Source: Acanthaster planci (taxonomy: Eukaryota). Taken from it: DNA of 64,000 nucleotides. Below are positions 38,301 through 49,408 of the stretch, piece by piece (position 1 is the first letter of the stretch; each line of letters starts with the position of its first letter). The translations under genes were made by a program, and so were the position numbers. The stretch is taken from assembly GCF_001949145.1 (NCBI RefSeq), contig NW_019091359.1, positions 2,828,861 to 2,892,860 on the forward strand, in the 5' to 3' direction. The notes below the pieces were generated by a model. That model ran no database searches, had not been told where the DNA came from, and saw only the letters and a program-made list of their open reading frames with translations.

Positions 38301-40570
38301 TTATAGTAGGAAATATAAATTTCAGATCGCTATGTGGATAATCTCACGAAAAAGTACCACAAGAAAGGTCAAAAACCTCTCGAGAACTTTGAGCCAACCC
38401 TCAGAAATTAACCCATAACAGTGAACTACATTGGAAGTATAGATGTTTATAAGAAAAACTATTATGCAGATATTGGGACAATATGAGGTCTGTCAACACA
38501 ATGTGTGATAATCACTTAACGTAATACAATCCATCCACTCGTTCTGAAATTCAGAAAAGTTCCTTGCTCGTTAGAAAAGTATAATTGTGATAGAAAGATG
38601 ACCAAAACTCTTGTGGAGGGCGAACAGAAGTAATATTTGCGTGCCAACCTACAATCCGAGGCAGGGTTGTTTCTGATTTACGATGTTGTTTAGTCGTCTT
38701 TTTGGCATTCACTGGAAGTAAAAATGTGTCACCGGTCGGGAATTCATGCAGCACCAATACGAATTACTGCTAGCGACGGGTTTCATGTAATTCAAATTTT
38801 GCTAATATTCAAGCGATGTTAACTCCATCTTTCGCTCGACTTGAAGTGATCGGCCTTGTGCAGCTTCGTTTCCTCTTGAGGAGTGATGCCATTTAACGCA
38901 CGTGAGAGCGTTGTCATGTCATTTTGTGGTCACGGCAGAAAATCAATAATTGATGACAAAGCGCGGGAATTTTAGGCGGGAATCCCACAATGTTAATCGA
39001 TGATTTCTTCTTGGCGTGTGAGATATCCCATGATAATAAACCCGGGACGAAAAAAAATTTCTCCCGCCTTTCTGTCCCGTCAGACTAACTTGTCAGGATC
39101 TAAATGACGAATGACTCTCACCAGACGAACCTACTTGGATTCACTCAGAAGCACAGAGGCCACAATTACGAATGATTCATGGTGCGTCGTACCAGCGGCG
39201 AGTCAGTGCGATAGGCTTGATTGGTGGGATGATTTAAAAACACTTAGGTCTGATCTTGTCAGAGTTGCTTCGGCTATATTAAAGATGTCTTGTACCGACT
39301 GGACATTCAAAGGCGTGCATAAGCATAACGTCGTTCACAGCACTCTGCATTCAGTTAAATACCGGTAATTTGCGTCAGTATTAGATTTCTTAACAATGAG
39401 CTGGTCTTTTGGCGTCAGTGAGCACCTACACTGCACAACGACAGATTCAACGTCATGTGTGGTCTTTCCAGAGAACCAGACTGCTATTATGAACACTGGT
39501 TTTCCTGCTGTAGACAAAACTGCGGCAAAATGCCGGCAATAATTAATCCAGGAGTCTGATAAAAGATCCTAAAAAAGCACTGTTAAATGTATAATGTGAT
39601 TGGTTTAAATTTGAATGACGTCACAAAAGGGCAACAGCCAGTCAAGCAGAACTCAGTTTTGTTGCAATCGAAAGCGAATTCGCGAAGTTTTAGGTTTATT
39701 ATAAAAAAAATCATCTAGGGAAATATCGCACCTAAAACAAATTTTGCGATTAATCACGGTGAATTCACGTCAGTCCAAAATCTGTTAATAATGTGCCGAA
39801 ACATCTGAATCCAACCCTACTCAACCTATCATTTATTTTAAAAATACTTAATGAGGGCTGTTTTAGTGAGCCCAATATCATACTGGCTCTATAACCCTTT
39901 TCCTGCCGTTCTTCTCATAATCCTTCCATACAATGAGGCACGACAAGGTAAAATCGATCTGTCAATGGACTTCATGAGATAATTAACTTAGCTCATGACT
40001 ACGCCCTCATGTGGGCATCTATGTTTACATAGTTTACTTGGTCTTCAGGACAGAAGGCATGCATGATTCAACAAGGCTTATTATACCATTCGTTTTCTTC
40101 TCTATGAATTCAGTGTTCGCTTCCAGTTGGTTCCGAGATTATGTTTCAGGGTCATTAGCCTAGGTTAGAGGAAAATGCCAGATTAATTTTATCAATACTG
40201 GCTTAGTGACTGTGATCCTCTGTGAATTATGGCGTGAGACAAAAATCGCTGTGTAGGAAGACTGTCGATTCGGCGTTGCACAACCATGGATGTGCCCTCA
40301 CCCGACCCAATAACGAACGTGCTTCACGCTATAACTGAACTTGCATGTGGCACTTTATGCTCACATTCTGAACAAAACTTCCGATTTCTCATATTGTGTC
40401 GATCATCTGGATTAAACTTTTTCGACTGACTGTAAAATCATGTTTTAACGGACGACGTCCGTTTATATTTTACTATGTATTTCAAAACAGTGTCCAAAAT
40501 TATTAAGTGTCCAACATTTCAAATGGAAGGTCTCCTATATTTTCTCTGAGGTTTTAAAACCACACAAGCA

Positions 40571-40718
40571 ATTCAGAATAGTGCGCCACCAAGAGTTTGC
40601 CACGCGTTGGCCAATCACAACGTGTGAAATTTGTCGACCCTTTCCAAACACGCAATGGGTCGACAAACTGTGTGCATTGTCATTGGCCAATGCTTTGCAA
40701 ACTCTTAATCGCCCGTAT
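40571..40718. mobile_element. Degenerate copy of the palindromic MITE at 49241
   Basis: aatagtgcgcc..aagagtttgc.acgcgttggccaatcac...tgtcgaccc...gggtcgaca...ttgcaaactctt..aatcgcccgtat; has an internal deletion relative to the 49.3-kb copy. Confidence 0.8.
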
Positions 40719-42161
40719 CGAATACCTCAATAAAAGAAAGGCACAACTCCACCATTTTGGCCTAGGAGAGTTTATTAATTTCCTTTGCAATTCCTTCAAA
40801 TAATATAATTTTTTTCTTTTGAACTCAAAAACGATATTTTTGGAGTTGGGCCCTTCTTTTAATTAGGCATTCAATTAAATGTCTAAAATATGCGCTGATG
40901 GGTTCATCCGAAATGGAATATGCTATTCAACGCGCGCATTATTTGCGTTATTATTTGCGTTTTGTACTTCATGGCGGAAATGAACCCATACTAGAATTGG
41001 AAACTGGGGCAGAAACCTATATTATCTATGTCAATGTCTTTTGTAAGGTATTCCAATTGACCCTTAAAGTTTAATATCCGTCGGTTGTCGTCAGGATTTC
41101 ACCGAAATAATTAGGTTGTCATGAGTGATGAGTGAGATCGAGTGTGGTGTCATTCCATTCTAAGAATTTTTTTTTAATCGCAATTACATCGTATATATAA
41201 CGATGGCTGGTCTAATTTGAAGTGAGGTTTCTTGAGTATACTTAATATCATCGGATTGCAATTATTTGGATAGAGGGAGTGTTTTCCACCTCGGCAGAAA
41301 AGCCCCATATCAAAGTCTTTGCATTAAATTCATTATACAAAAACACCTGTCAACATCAATTTTTCGAACTGGAAACTTATTCAGGCCTAAGAGTCATTGA
41401 TAGAGAGTAGTAGAGCACCATAATTCAATACTGTAGATAAAATCGAACCCAAGAAGACAGTGTTATAATTCAGCCAAACTTAAATTAACTACTTTACAAG
41501 AAAAGCTCAACATTTCTTTGAAAATCCCTACTTGTTTTCCCTTTCATTGGCTAAACTTTTGTCCCCAGGTTGTTGTCTGCTTTTGACCAAAAATGTCCTC
41601 TGAATGCTTAATACAGTTTATATCCACGCCATATGCTATATCTCGATCTTTATAGTTAATGACATAACTATGCTAAAGTGAACTCTTTTACTGTTGCAAG
41701 TGAGCATGAGTCATCATCAACTATCTCAATATTGATTTGCTGCTCAACGCAAATCTAGCCGTCCAGTTCCAGATCATGGCGGCTACGATGCGAAATATCG
41801 TCACTCACGTACCAGGCCATGTGCACTTGTTAAAAACCTCGACACGAGCAAAGCAAACATAGACATCTGAATGCACTGCACTCCGCTTAGCTCTCTGTCG
41901 GTCGCACAGGAAATGAAACCTTGCTCGAGAAGTCCTGTGTTTGAACCAAGCTATTACCGTTTCCCTTCTGGGAATGAATTAAAGGCGAATACCCACGCCT
42001 CTCATAAAAATGGTCTCTCTAGGGTGGCCAGATTTAAAGTGCAAAGTCGCAAACTGATGACCTAAACGACGAACACTAATGAGAAACAAGAACTCTCTTA
42101 AATAAGCCATAAATCTTCAACATAATGCAACACAAACACTGGTATAAATGACATCAAATGA

Positions 42162-42267
42162 TTTATTCCAAATGCGAAGTAATAAATACAAACTGATTAA
42201 TAAGATCGGCTGATACTCAATAGACAGCAACACACACTTTTTGACTGTACCAAAACGGCGTTTTATT
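42162..42267 (-). terminator. Two candidate poly(A) signals for the SREB GPCR transcript (3' UTR about 3.4 kb)
   Basis: AATAAA on the minus strand at 42267-42262 and 42167-42162, each followed about 20-25 nt downstream by GU-rich sequence (gtgtgtgttgctgtct; gtgtttgtgttg). Proximal AATAAA also at 45281-45276. Confidence 0.4.
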
Positions 42268-45200
42268 TAAAAAAAAAAAAAGCTAAAAAATCATAAGCAA
42301 CACCATTTTAAACAGGTTATGCATACATACACAACTGACACCGAAATTTTCATCTTTGCTGGACCCCCCCATCGAAATGGTAGAGTCCTCTGATTCAGTG
42401 GAAGATACGAACAGCAACTTTCGATGATTCCACCATCATTGCGTACAGAGGTTTTCCAAAATGTACACATTGTTATCGAAAAAGTCTCATCGTATTCTTA
42501 TGCAGATTCTATGTTTAAATGGTCAGTAACATACAACACACACTGATCGAAAGTGGGTAAGAAACACGTCAGAGGGTGCTGTATAAAATATTCAAAAGGA
42601 AAACTGCGAAGCAGGTGTTCATGATTACCAAGTGCGGCAAAATATAAATGTAAGTATTTGGTCTATATAATTTAGCATAAATGAACCACACAGCGAAATG
42701 GGCTTGATTGTCCATGGTTGCCGAGTGCTGATTAAAGTGGATTTAAGGACTAATGGAGAAATGTAGGCCTTCCAATGACAACTTTCCTTTCGACTACCCC
42801 CCCCCCCGATAAAAACGATGCTTCAAAATGGGATTGGAAATTCGAGGACCCATTGCTCTCTTTTTCATCAGCGTTAAGATGAAAACCGTACTTGCGCGTT
42901 GAAGTAATCGATCCTCGTCAGACACAACAATTTAACATTTTAACATGCAGGATTTCTGTGGTGTACTTATGTCCAACTTATAGTTGGCAATTGCGGTATT
43001 CACCAGGATTAACAAACTCTGATTAAGCGAACGCCAGTTCCTGATAAGGTTTGCTAAAAATGACCTTTTCCCTGATTTAACGTTATTATGGCAGCGTCCT
43101 CCACCTTATAGGTCTCCTAAGTACATTCGGTTGAGGAACTGTTGCTATGAGTTCATATATGAGTTCATTTTCATGTCCAGCATAATACACTGGACACGAA
43201 AATGTCAATAAAATGACACTATTCTCTACAGACTTTTAAACAATGCACTAAAGTTAGTTTTCATCTGCAGCCTTTACGAGTGATTAAAAGTAAAAAATGA
43301 CGAGAGTTACGATTGCATGTGGCAAGAAAATTTAATTTTCTCTTGATGTAAATGGCCTCGGCCCATTCGAGAATGGTCCAAACCTGCACGACTTCGCTTC
43401 AAATGAGACGCACTTCCAAATGAGCAACCAAAAGCTGCATTCTGCTGTCGGTCCCTTTACAAAGCCGCCGGATAACAAATATTATCTCAGAACATATGCA
43501 TCATCCTGTGTACACATCTCCAGTGCACGGAACCATAACAACCACAATATTATAATGGATTGTGGCACGGACACACGAAATCTACAATTATCACAACACT
43601 GGTCACTGTGTCTTAATAACTTCCCGGTTGGTTCGGGTATCCAGATAGGGACTTGGGTAATGGACTTAATTAAGTCCTTTTGGGACAACTTCTTCATAGG
43701 TAAAGGCCGTACAGTCACTGGAGGCAATGAAATACGTCTAAGAGATATTGCTGTGAAAACAAGACGACAATTTAACAGTAATTGGCTGCATTAATGGTTT
43801 GTTTACTTGATTTTAAACCAGAGAAAATTAGAAGGAGAAAATCATATTGCTTCCTTGGATAATATTTTCGTCCCAATTAGGTTATTCATCTCGGTAGAAT
43901 AAACAAACGCTATACTGGTACTTATGTGAAATAGATACTATATAACATATGAAAATTGCTTATCTCAGCTGACAGTTCCTAAAGGTCTCGTAAATTTACA
44001 AATTAGGTTAACTACCTCCTGTTCAAGCAGTGGTCTGAAATATTACACTGACCACTTCTGTAGAAACTTTAGAAACGTTATGACATCCCCTTTTGAACTG
44101 CTTCTCCAAGAGCTAGAGCGTTTCTCACCATTCTTCATAATTTTTGCTCTGGGAACTATATTGCAAAAGCCCTCTCAATTTCTAATATTTTTCAAAGGAC
44201 CAAACGATAAAATACTATCTTATCTCATGCACACCTTGCTTTTGACTGCTTTACGGCCACACCTTAAAGTTTCTAAAATCAGCAATTTACTTGGCAATGG
44301 CCGATCAGAGATGCTTGTGCCATGTCAACTGACATGTTCACATCAGCATTGTGTCAACCTGAAATGCACTGTGCATTCATCTTTCATACACTTCCGCTTA
44401 ACATCGGCTTCCGCGCTTTGCACAGCTGCACGACAAGGTTGTGTCCTTTTGACACTGAATAGTAGTCTGGAGACCGATTACTAAGGAATAGCCTGAGTGC
44501 AGCTCTCATTATCACAGCATTACGCTGTGGTCTACAAAACATTAAATGATATGATGCCAAGTTAGCTTTATGTATGTAAGCCAGATGATCGAAAAACACC
44601 TTTTTAAAGTTTCCTACCAATTCTTTTATGAGAATTCCCACCGATGCATGTACTTTTCAAGGTTATGCATTTAATTCAATCTTGAGTCGAAAACAAAGGG
44701 ATCCTAGGGAAACTTTACTGTCCTTTATGATGGATTGTCATGGCGCCTTTATTTTTCAAATGAAAAATATAGTTCAAAGCGAGGCTGTACCTGTGTTTGA
44801 AGCAAAATAGGCAAGTTCCCATTTGATAAAGTGGATTTGGGAGGGAACGATTCAAAATGGCTACCTTGTGAATGAAACCCGTTCAGCACATCAAGTTCCA
44901 ATCATTTCATCATATTGCACTGTCAAACAAACTCATAGCAGAATCGTTCAAAGTTGAGAAAAACCATTGTTAACATGGGGCCAGTTATTATGAAGGGAGG
45001 CATCCCCAACGGACAAGAGAGACGCTGAAGGGTCTCAGAATTGCAAAGAGAAGGTTAACAGACGGGGTGTTTGATTTTTTGAAAAAGTTGAAAGCTGTCC
45101 AATAAGTTTATCCTCTTCCTTCAACAGTTGGCGCCGTACAAGCAAATGCAAAAATGAGCGAACTACTTTGTAACTTTTAAAGAATTGCCTAAAACAATGG

Positions 45201-45669
45201 TACTCCCTTTCAAATGATTGCCATCAAACGTGTGTGATTTGTAGTCAAATGTTGGTGTCCCATGCGTACTCAGCCTTTATTGCTCTCAGTATCTCATTCA
45301 AAACATAAATTGCAAGAGATTCAGTTTTAGCGTGACGTAGTACAGTCATGTAGATACATACAGGAAACCACGTCTGCATGTTCTATACTGGTCGCAGGGA
45401 AGTATCAATGTTTAGTCAATATTTTAAGCACAACTGGGATGAACAAAGGCCAGTCGAGCAATATTACATCAAACAAACAGCAGGAAGAATATGTCCATGT
45501 AAACATGCCTTAAGCATGGCTTCCACAGACATAATCTGCCAACACTCGGTACTATTGGTCTGTAGATTTACCTTGTTTACTGGAATGCCAACCAGAGCCA
45601 AAACTTTTCAGAGGTTCTGAAAACGCAGTCTGGCTCCATCTACACGGTGGCAATTCATGCTAGCCTCTG

Positions 45670-46950
45670 TCACAACTGCACGTTGTGTCCATCCTGTTGG
45701 AAGGCCGAGGCGCCGAAGACGTGCTGCAGCGCGATCTGCCGGAATTCTTTGCTCACGACAAAGCACAAGATGGGGTTGATGCAGGCCTGGAAGAAGGTCA
45801 TCCAGGTTGCCAGGGAGACATAGCTGTGAGGCAAGGGATTAGCCGGCTGGAACACCTGCCAGAAGCAATGGATGGTGTAAGGGAGCCATAGCACGCTGAA
45901 GGATATGCTGATGGACAGGGATAGCTTACAGAACTTCTCCTCCCGTTCGAAGTCTGACTTGGAGAGGGATGTGCTGTTATTGTTGGAGGGAGGAGCAAGA
46001 CCAATCAGTGGCGGTGGAGTTGGACCTTGACGGTAGCCCAGGAACCAGTTGGCCGCTGCCTGGCCGGTAGAGCCAGGCCCATAGAAGGTCCAATTGTTGG
46101 AGACAGCGGGCACGAATTGCATGGGTCGCATCTTACGGTGAGCTCGCATGAAGAGAAACACCCTGAAGTAAGCGAAGTGAGTGAAAGCGATGACTGCCAC
46201 GAAGAACATGAGGAAACACATAGTCTCGTTCGTCTTGTATTCCCGATGCTTGAATGTGCACTGGTTTTCGACCTCGATGAAAGAGTAGGTCCTGGTGTTA
46301 AAAACTGGCGGGAAGGCCATAGAAACTGCCAAGGCCCATGAGGCAAGGACCAATAGCAGACAGGCTGGCCCTTTTAGCTTCTGTCGGTGAAATCGGTGAA
46401 ACCGTAGCACCACGTATCGTTCTATGCTAATCAAGAATAGAGTATACAGGGCTCCGTAGGTAAGGTACACGTTGAAAAAGGCCAGGATCTCGCAGAGGGA
46501 GTCGCTGTATATCCAATCTCGCGAGATCACAGCCGAGACCACAAAGGGAAAACACAGCACGGATCGGACGAAATCGGCCAAGGCGCAGTTGAACAGAAAG
46601 AAGTAGCAAGGTCTCCGGAGACGGGCGTTTCCGAATACCACCACGGAGAGAATACCGTTACCAACGACACTTAAGATAATCACGAGTATGAGCGAGCTGC
46701 ACCATAGCACTCGAGGGCCGTGGTCGTCGGGAAGATCGACTTCGTTACCGTCGCCGGTATCGACTATGTTAGTAACCGTCTTTGACGGTATCACGACCGT
46801 GGAATCGTCCACGGTCGAATTGTCGCTACCGCCGAGGCCCAAATCCAGCGGGGTTGACATGCCGGGCGCGGACTCAGTGGTGGGTAGCGCTGCATATATC
46901 TCCGGTGGGAGGCGAGCAGGCGGCCGAACCTTGGCAGAAATGTGAAACAT
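45670..46950 (-). CDS. SREB-family orphan class A GPCR (GPR27/GPR85/GPR173 pro-ortholog), intronless CDS, 426 aa from the first ATG
   Basis: Seven hydrophobic segments with GN (TM1), LAD (TM2), ERY (TM3), ECL2 QCTF, WLPY (TM6), NPILC (TM7). The SREB-diagnostic third intracellular loop RKMRPMQFVPAVSNNWTFYGPGSTGQAAANWFLGYRQGPTPPPLIG is present. The ORF-track start at 47010 is GTG; first ATG is 46950, alternative ATG 46860; the frame is closed upstream by TAG at 47043-47041. Confidence 0.96.
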   Translation of the reverse strand: MFHISAKVRPPARLPPEIYAALPTTESAPGMSTPLDLGLGGSDNSTVDDSTVVIPSKTVTNIVDTGDGNEVDLPDDHGPRVLWCSSLILVIILSVVGNGILSVVVFGNARLRRPCYFFLFNCALADFVRSVLCFPFVVSAVISRDWIYSDSLCEILAFFNVYLTYGALYTLFLISIERYVVLRFHRFHRQKLKGPACLLLVLASWALAVSMAFPPVFNTRTYSFIEVENQCTFKHREYKTNETMCFLMFFVAVIAFTHFAYFRVFLFMRAHRKMRPMQFVPAVSNNWTFYGPGSTGQAAANWFLGYRQGPTPPPLIGLAPPSNNNSTSLSKSDFEREEKFCKLSLSISISFSVLWLPYTIHCFWQVFQPANPLPHSYVSLATWMTFFQACINPILCFVVSKEFRQIALQHVFGASAFQQDGHNVQL

Positions 46951-47015
46951 GGAATCCCAAGCTCCGGCAGCGATGCAAATATCAATTAACCTTCCTCGAG
47001 AAACACACACCGCAG

Positions 47016-47190
47016 CTACGCAGTCATCTGGTCGAGACTCCTATCGTGAAGTGACAGTCGCGTCCACATCCTTGGCAGTCTCGGTTCCACGTGAGTTAAC
47101 ACGGCGTCTCATGAAGAAACTACCGTTCGCCAACGACTGAAGAATCCATACCCTCTGATGTATCGTGTATCTGAAAGGAAAACCACAGAC
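47016..47190 (-). promoter_or_regulatory. SREB 5' leader: candidate splice acceptor and three upstream ORFs
   Basis: Minus strand ctgtggttttcctttcag| (exon would start at 47170). uORFs: 47149-47120 (MDSSVVGER), 47112-47041 (23 aa, in frame with the receptor), 47027-47016 (MTA). Confidence 0.5.
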
Positions 47191-49240
47191 TCTTGTAACT
47201 GAATAGCGTGGTGTAATAGTCTACTGACTGAGTCAACCGGGAAATGGAACTGAAAATTGTTTTAGGGACCTGGTAGGCTTCGATAATGGCTTTCCTTCCT
47301 TGTAACCACCGTCCAATCATAAAGCTACAAACCCATGGTCCAATCAACGCGGTGACTCGGACGTGATTTGTGTTTGCTCAAGAGAAAGATACCACTCGGG
47401 GATATTGATACAAAATAGCGTCCGTGATTGCAGAGGGCCCCAACGCATGAAATTACTCCTCAAATAATGTTTGGTTTGGTTGTCAGGTGCTTGCACCCTG
47501 TAGCACCAACAGACTTACTTTGTGCGGGCAACCTGGACGTGAGACGGCAAGTAATAAAGGGTACGCCCAATCTTCATGGATGCGCAGAGGATATGAGTGC
47601 ACTATCCAGCCTCTTTGAGGGGGCTTTAGTGGTGGTGTGGAAGATGAGCATTTACCTTTTAGTATTCACGTTTCACATGACATACACACTTTGAAAATTT
47701 CAAAAAACAAATTTCTTGTACCCACTTTTTAAACGTGTTTAACCACGACATGTTTATTGTTCTCCGTTTAGGAATGTGTTTAAATGTTAAGCGGATTTCA
47801 AAAAGCTAAACAGTATCACAGAAAAGCGTTTAGTATATGAACATCCTTAGGCACATTTTGCTAAACATGTCATGGATTAAACGTGTGGAATACGTTGGTA
47901 TAAACAGTGTTGTTTTCACAGTGTAATGTAAATGTAAGAACAGTATTGGTCGTTGTACTCAAACTAAGGATCATTTTGAGTCTAGTACCTAAAGTCAGAT
48001 TTAATCTCCCCTTTTAAAATTCCCCATTTAAAATCTGTTTCATGTTAGGAATTTTGAAATCATTTATGGACGAACCCTAATCTCCAAGTTACCGCTGATG
48101 AGCACTATCTGCATGTAATATTTTAATGCGCAATACTCTCAGAATACCGAAACTAGTTTCCAGTAGTCCTGGAAACACAGCATGCCCATTAGCTGTTTGT
48201 TTAGTGTGACGACAATCCAATGACCGGTGTCATGGCATTAAGGGAAATCACTTTCAAAGACAGCTATCTTTACACTGCAGCTTCTATGCGTGGAGCCACT
48301 GGATATATGGTATAATCATACGGATTGCATGTCCATCACTAATTTCAAGAGCACTTCACTGTGTGCTGTGTTTCTCATTCAAATCAGACAACCGTGTTAC
48401 TTTCTTCTGTTTCTTGCAAAGCAAACGAGATAACCACGTGTGCTGTACGTAAAAAGAGATCGCTGAAACTGCCATTCTGTCTTTTAACAGCTGCCTTGCG
48501 TTTGGGAAAAACAGCAACAAGCAACCAACCAACTAACAAAAACAAAACTCTTATCGGTTAGAAACAATTACTCCCCGCATAGAAATAATTACCAGCTAAT
48601 TCCAGGTTGGATATACCTCATTCTCTGCCAGTAAACAAAAATCTGAAACCGCTTCTCTCGGCTGTCATATCGACAATTCGGCGTAGCTTTTCCTCCTCCT
48701 GGGCACGGCGGAACCGATCCCGCCCACCCATTTCCATCCTGCCCCTTGCTGTTCATCAACAGATCGATTCTTTGTAAGACAGCAGTTGAGTAAATTAGAA
48801 AAACCTTTTCCAATTTCTTTGGACGTGTTGCTGTTTCTGAACTACCACGCTTACAGTCTGATCAAGAGCACTGTAACAATGTGCCGCCCTCAAATCGAAG
48901 AGTCTTTACATTAGTCAGGCAAGATCAATTCAGGAAACCAATCTGAACTGAATCCGCTTGCCCTGAGGAAGGTACTCAGCTAAGCTCGGCAATCCCATAT
49001 TCCAGAGTACTGATTTGATATTATATTCTTATCAAAAAAACAAGTCAGGACTGATTTGAGATAAAAAAGTGATGACTACAAACGAAATATTCTGCTCGAA
49101 CATAACATGCAAAAAACCAAAAGACTTCGTGAAAATACAGCTCAGGCAGGTGTAGTGCGGTAGTTAAAAACCTGTGTATCAATTATCTAATTAACGGACA
49201 ATTGTCAAGCGTTAACGGCATTCATCATGCGTATTGAATA

Positions 49241-49408
49241 CGGGCGATTCACAATAGTGCGCGTCTAAGAGTTTGCGACGCGTTGGCCAATCACGACGCG
49301 CGAAATCTGTCGAACCTTTCGAAACGCGCATTGGGTCGACAGATTTCACGCGTCGTGGTTGACCAACGCGTTGCAAACTCTTGGAGGCGCACTATTGTGA
49401 ATCGCCCG
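49241..49408. mobile_element. Palindromic MITE flanked by TA (Tc1/mariner-like signature)
   Basis: TA|cgggcgattcacaatagtgcgc...gcgcactattgtgaatcgcccg|TA; arms of about 75 bp with scattered mismatches; second copy at 40571. Confidence 0.85.

Noticed and set aside
45685..47140. Many short ORFs overlapping the GPCR
   Set aside because: Shadow frames of a GC-rich coding sequence.
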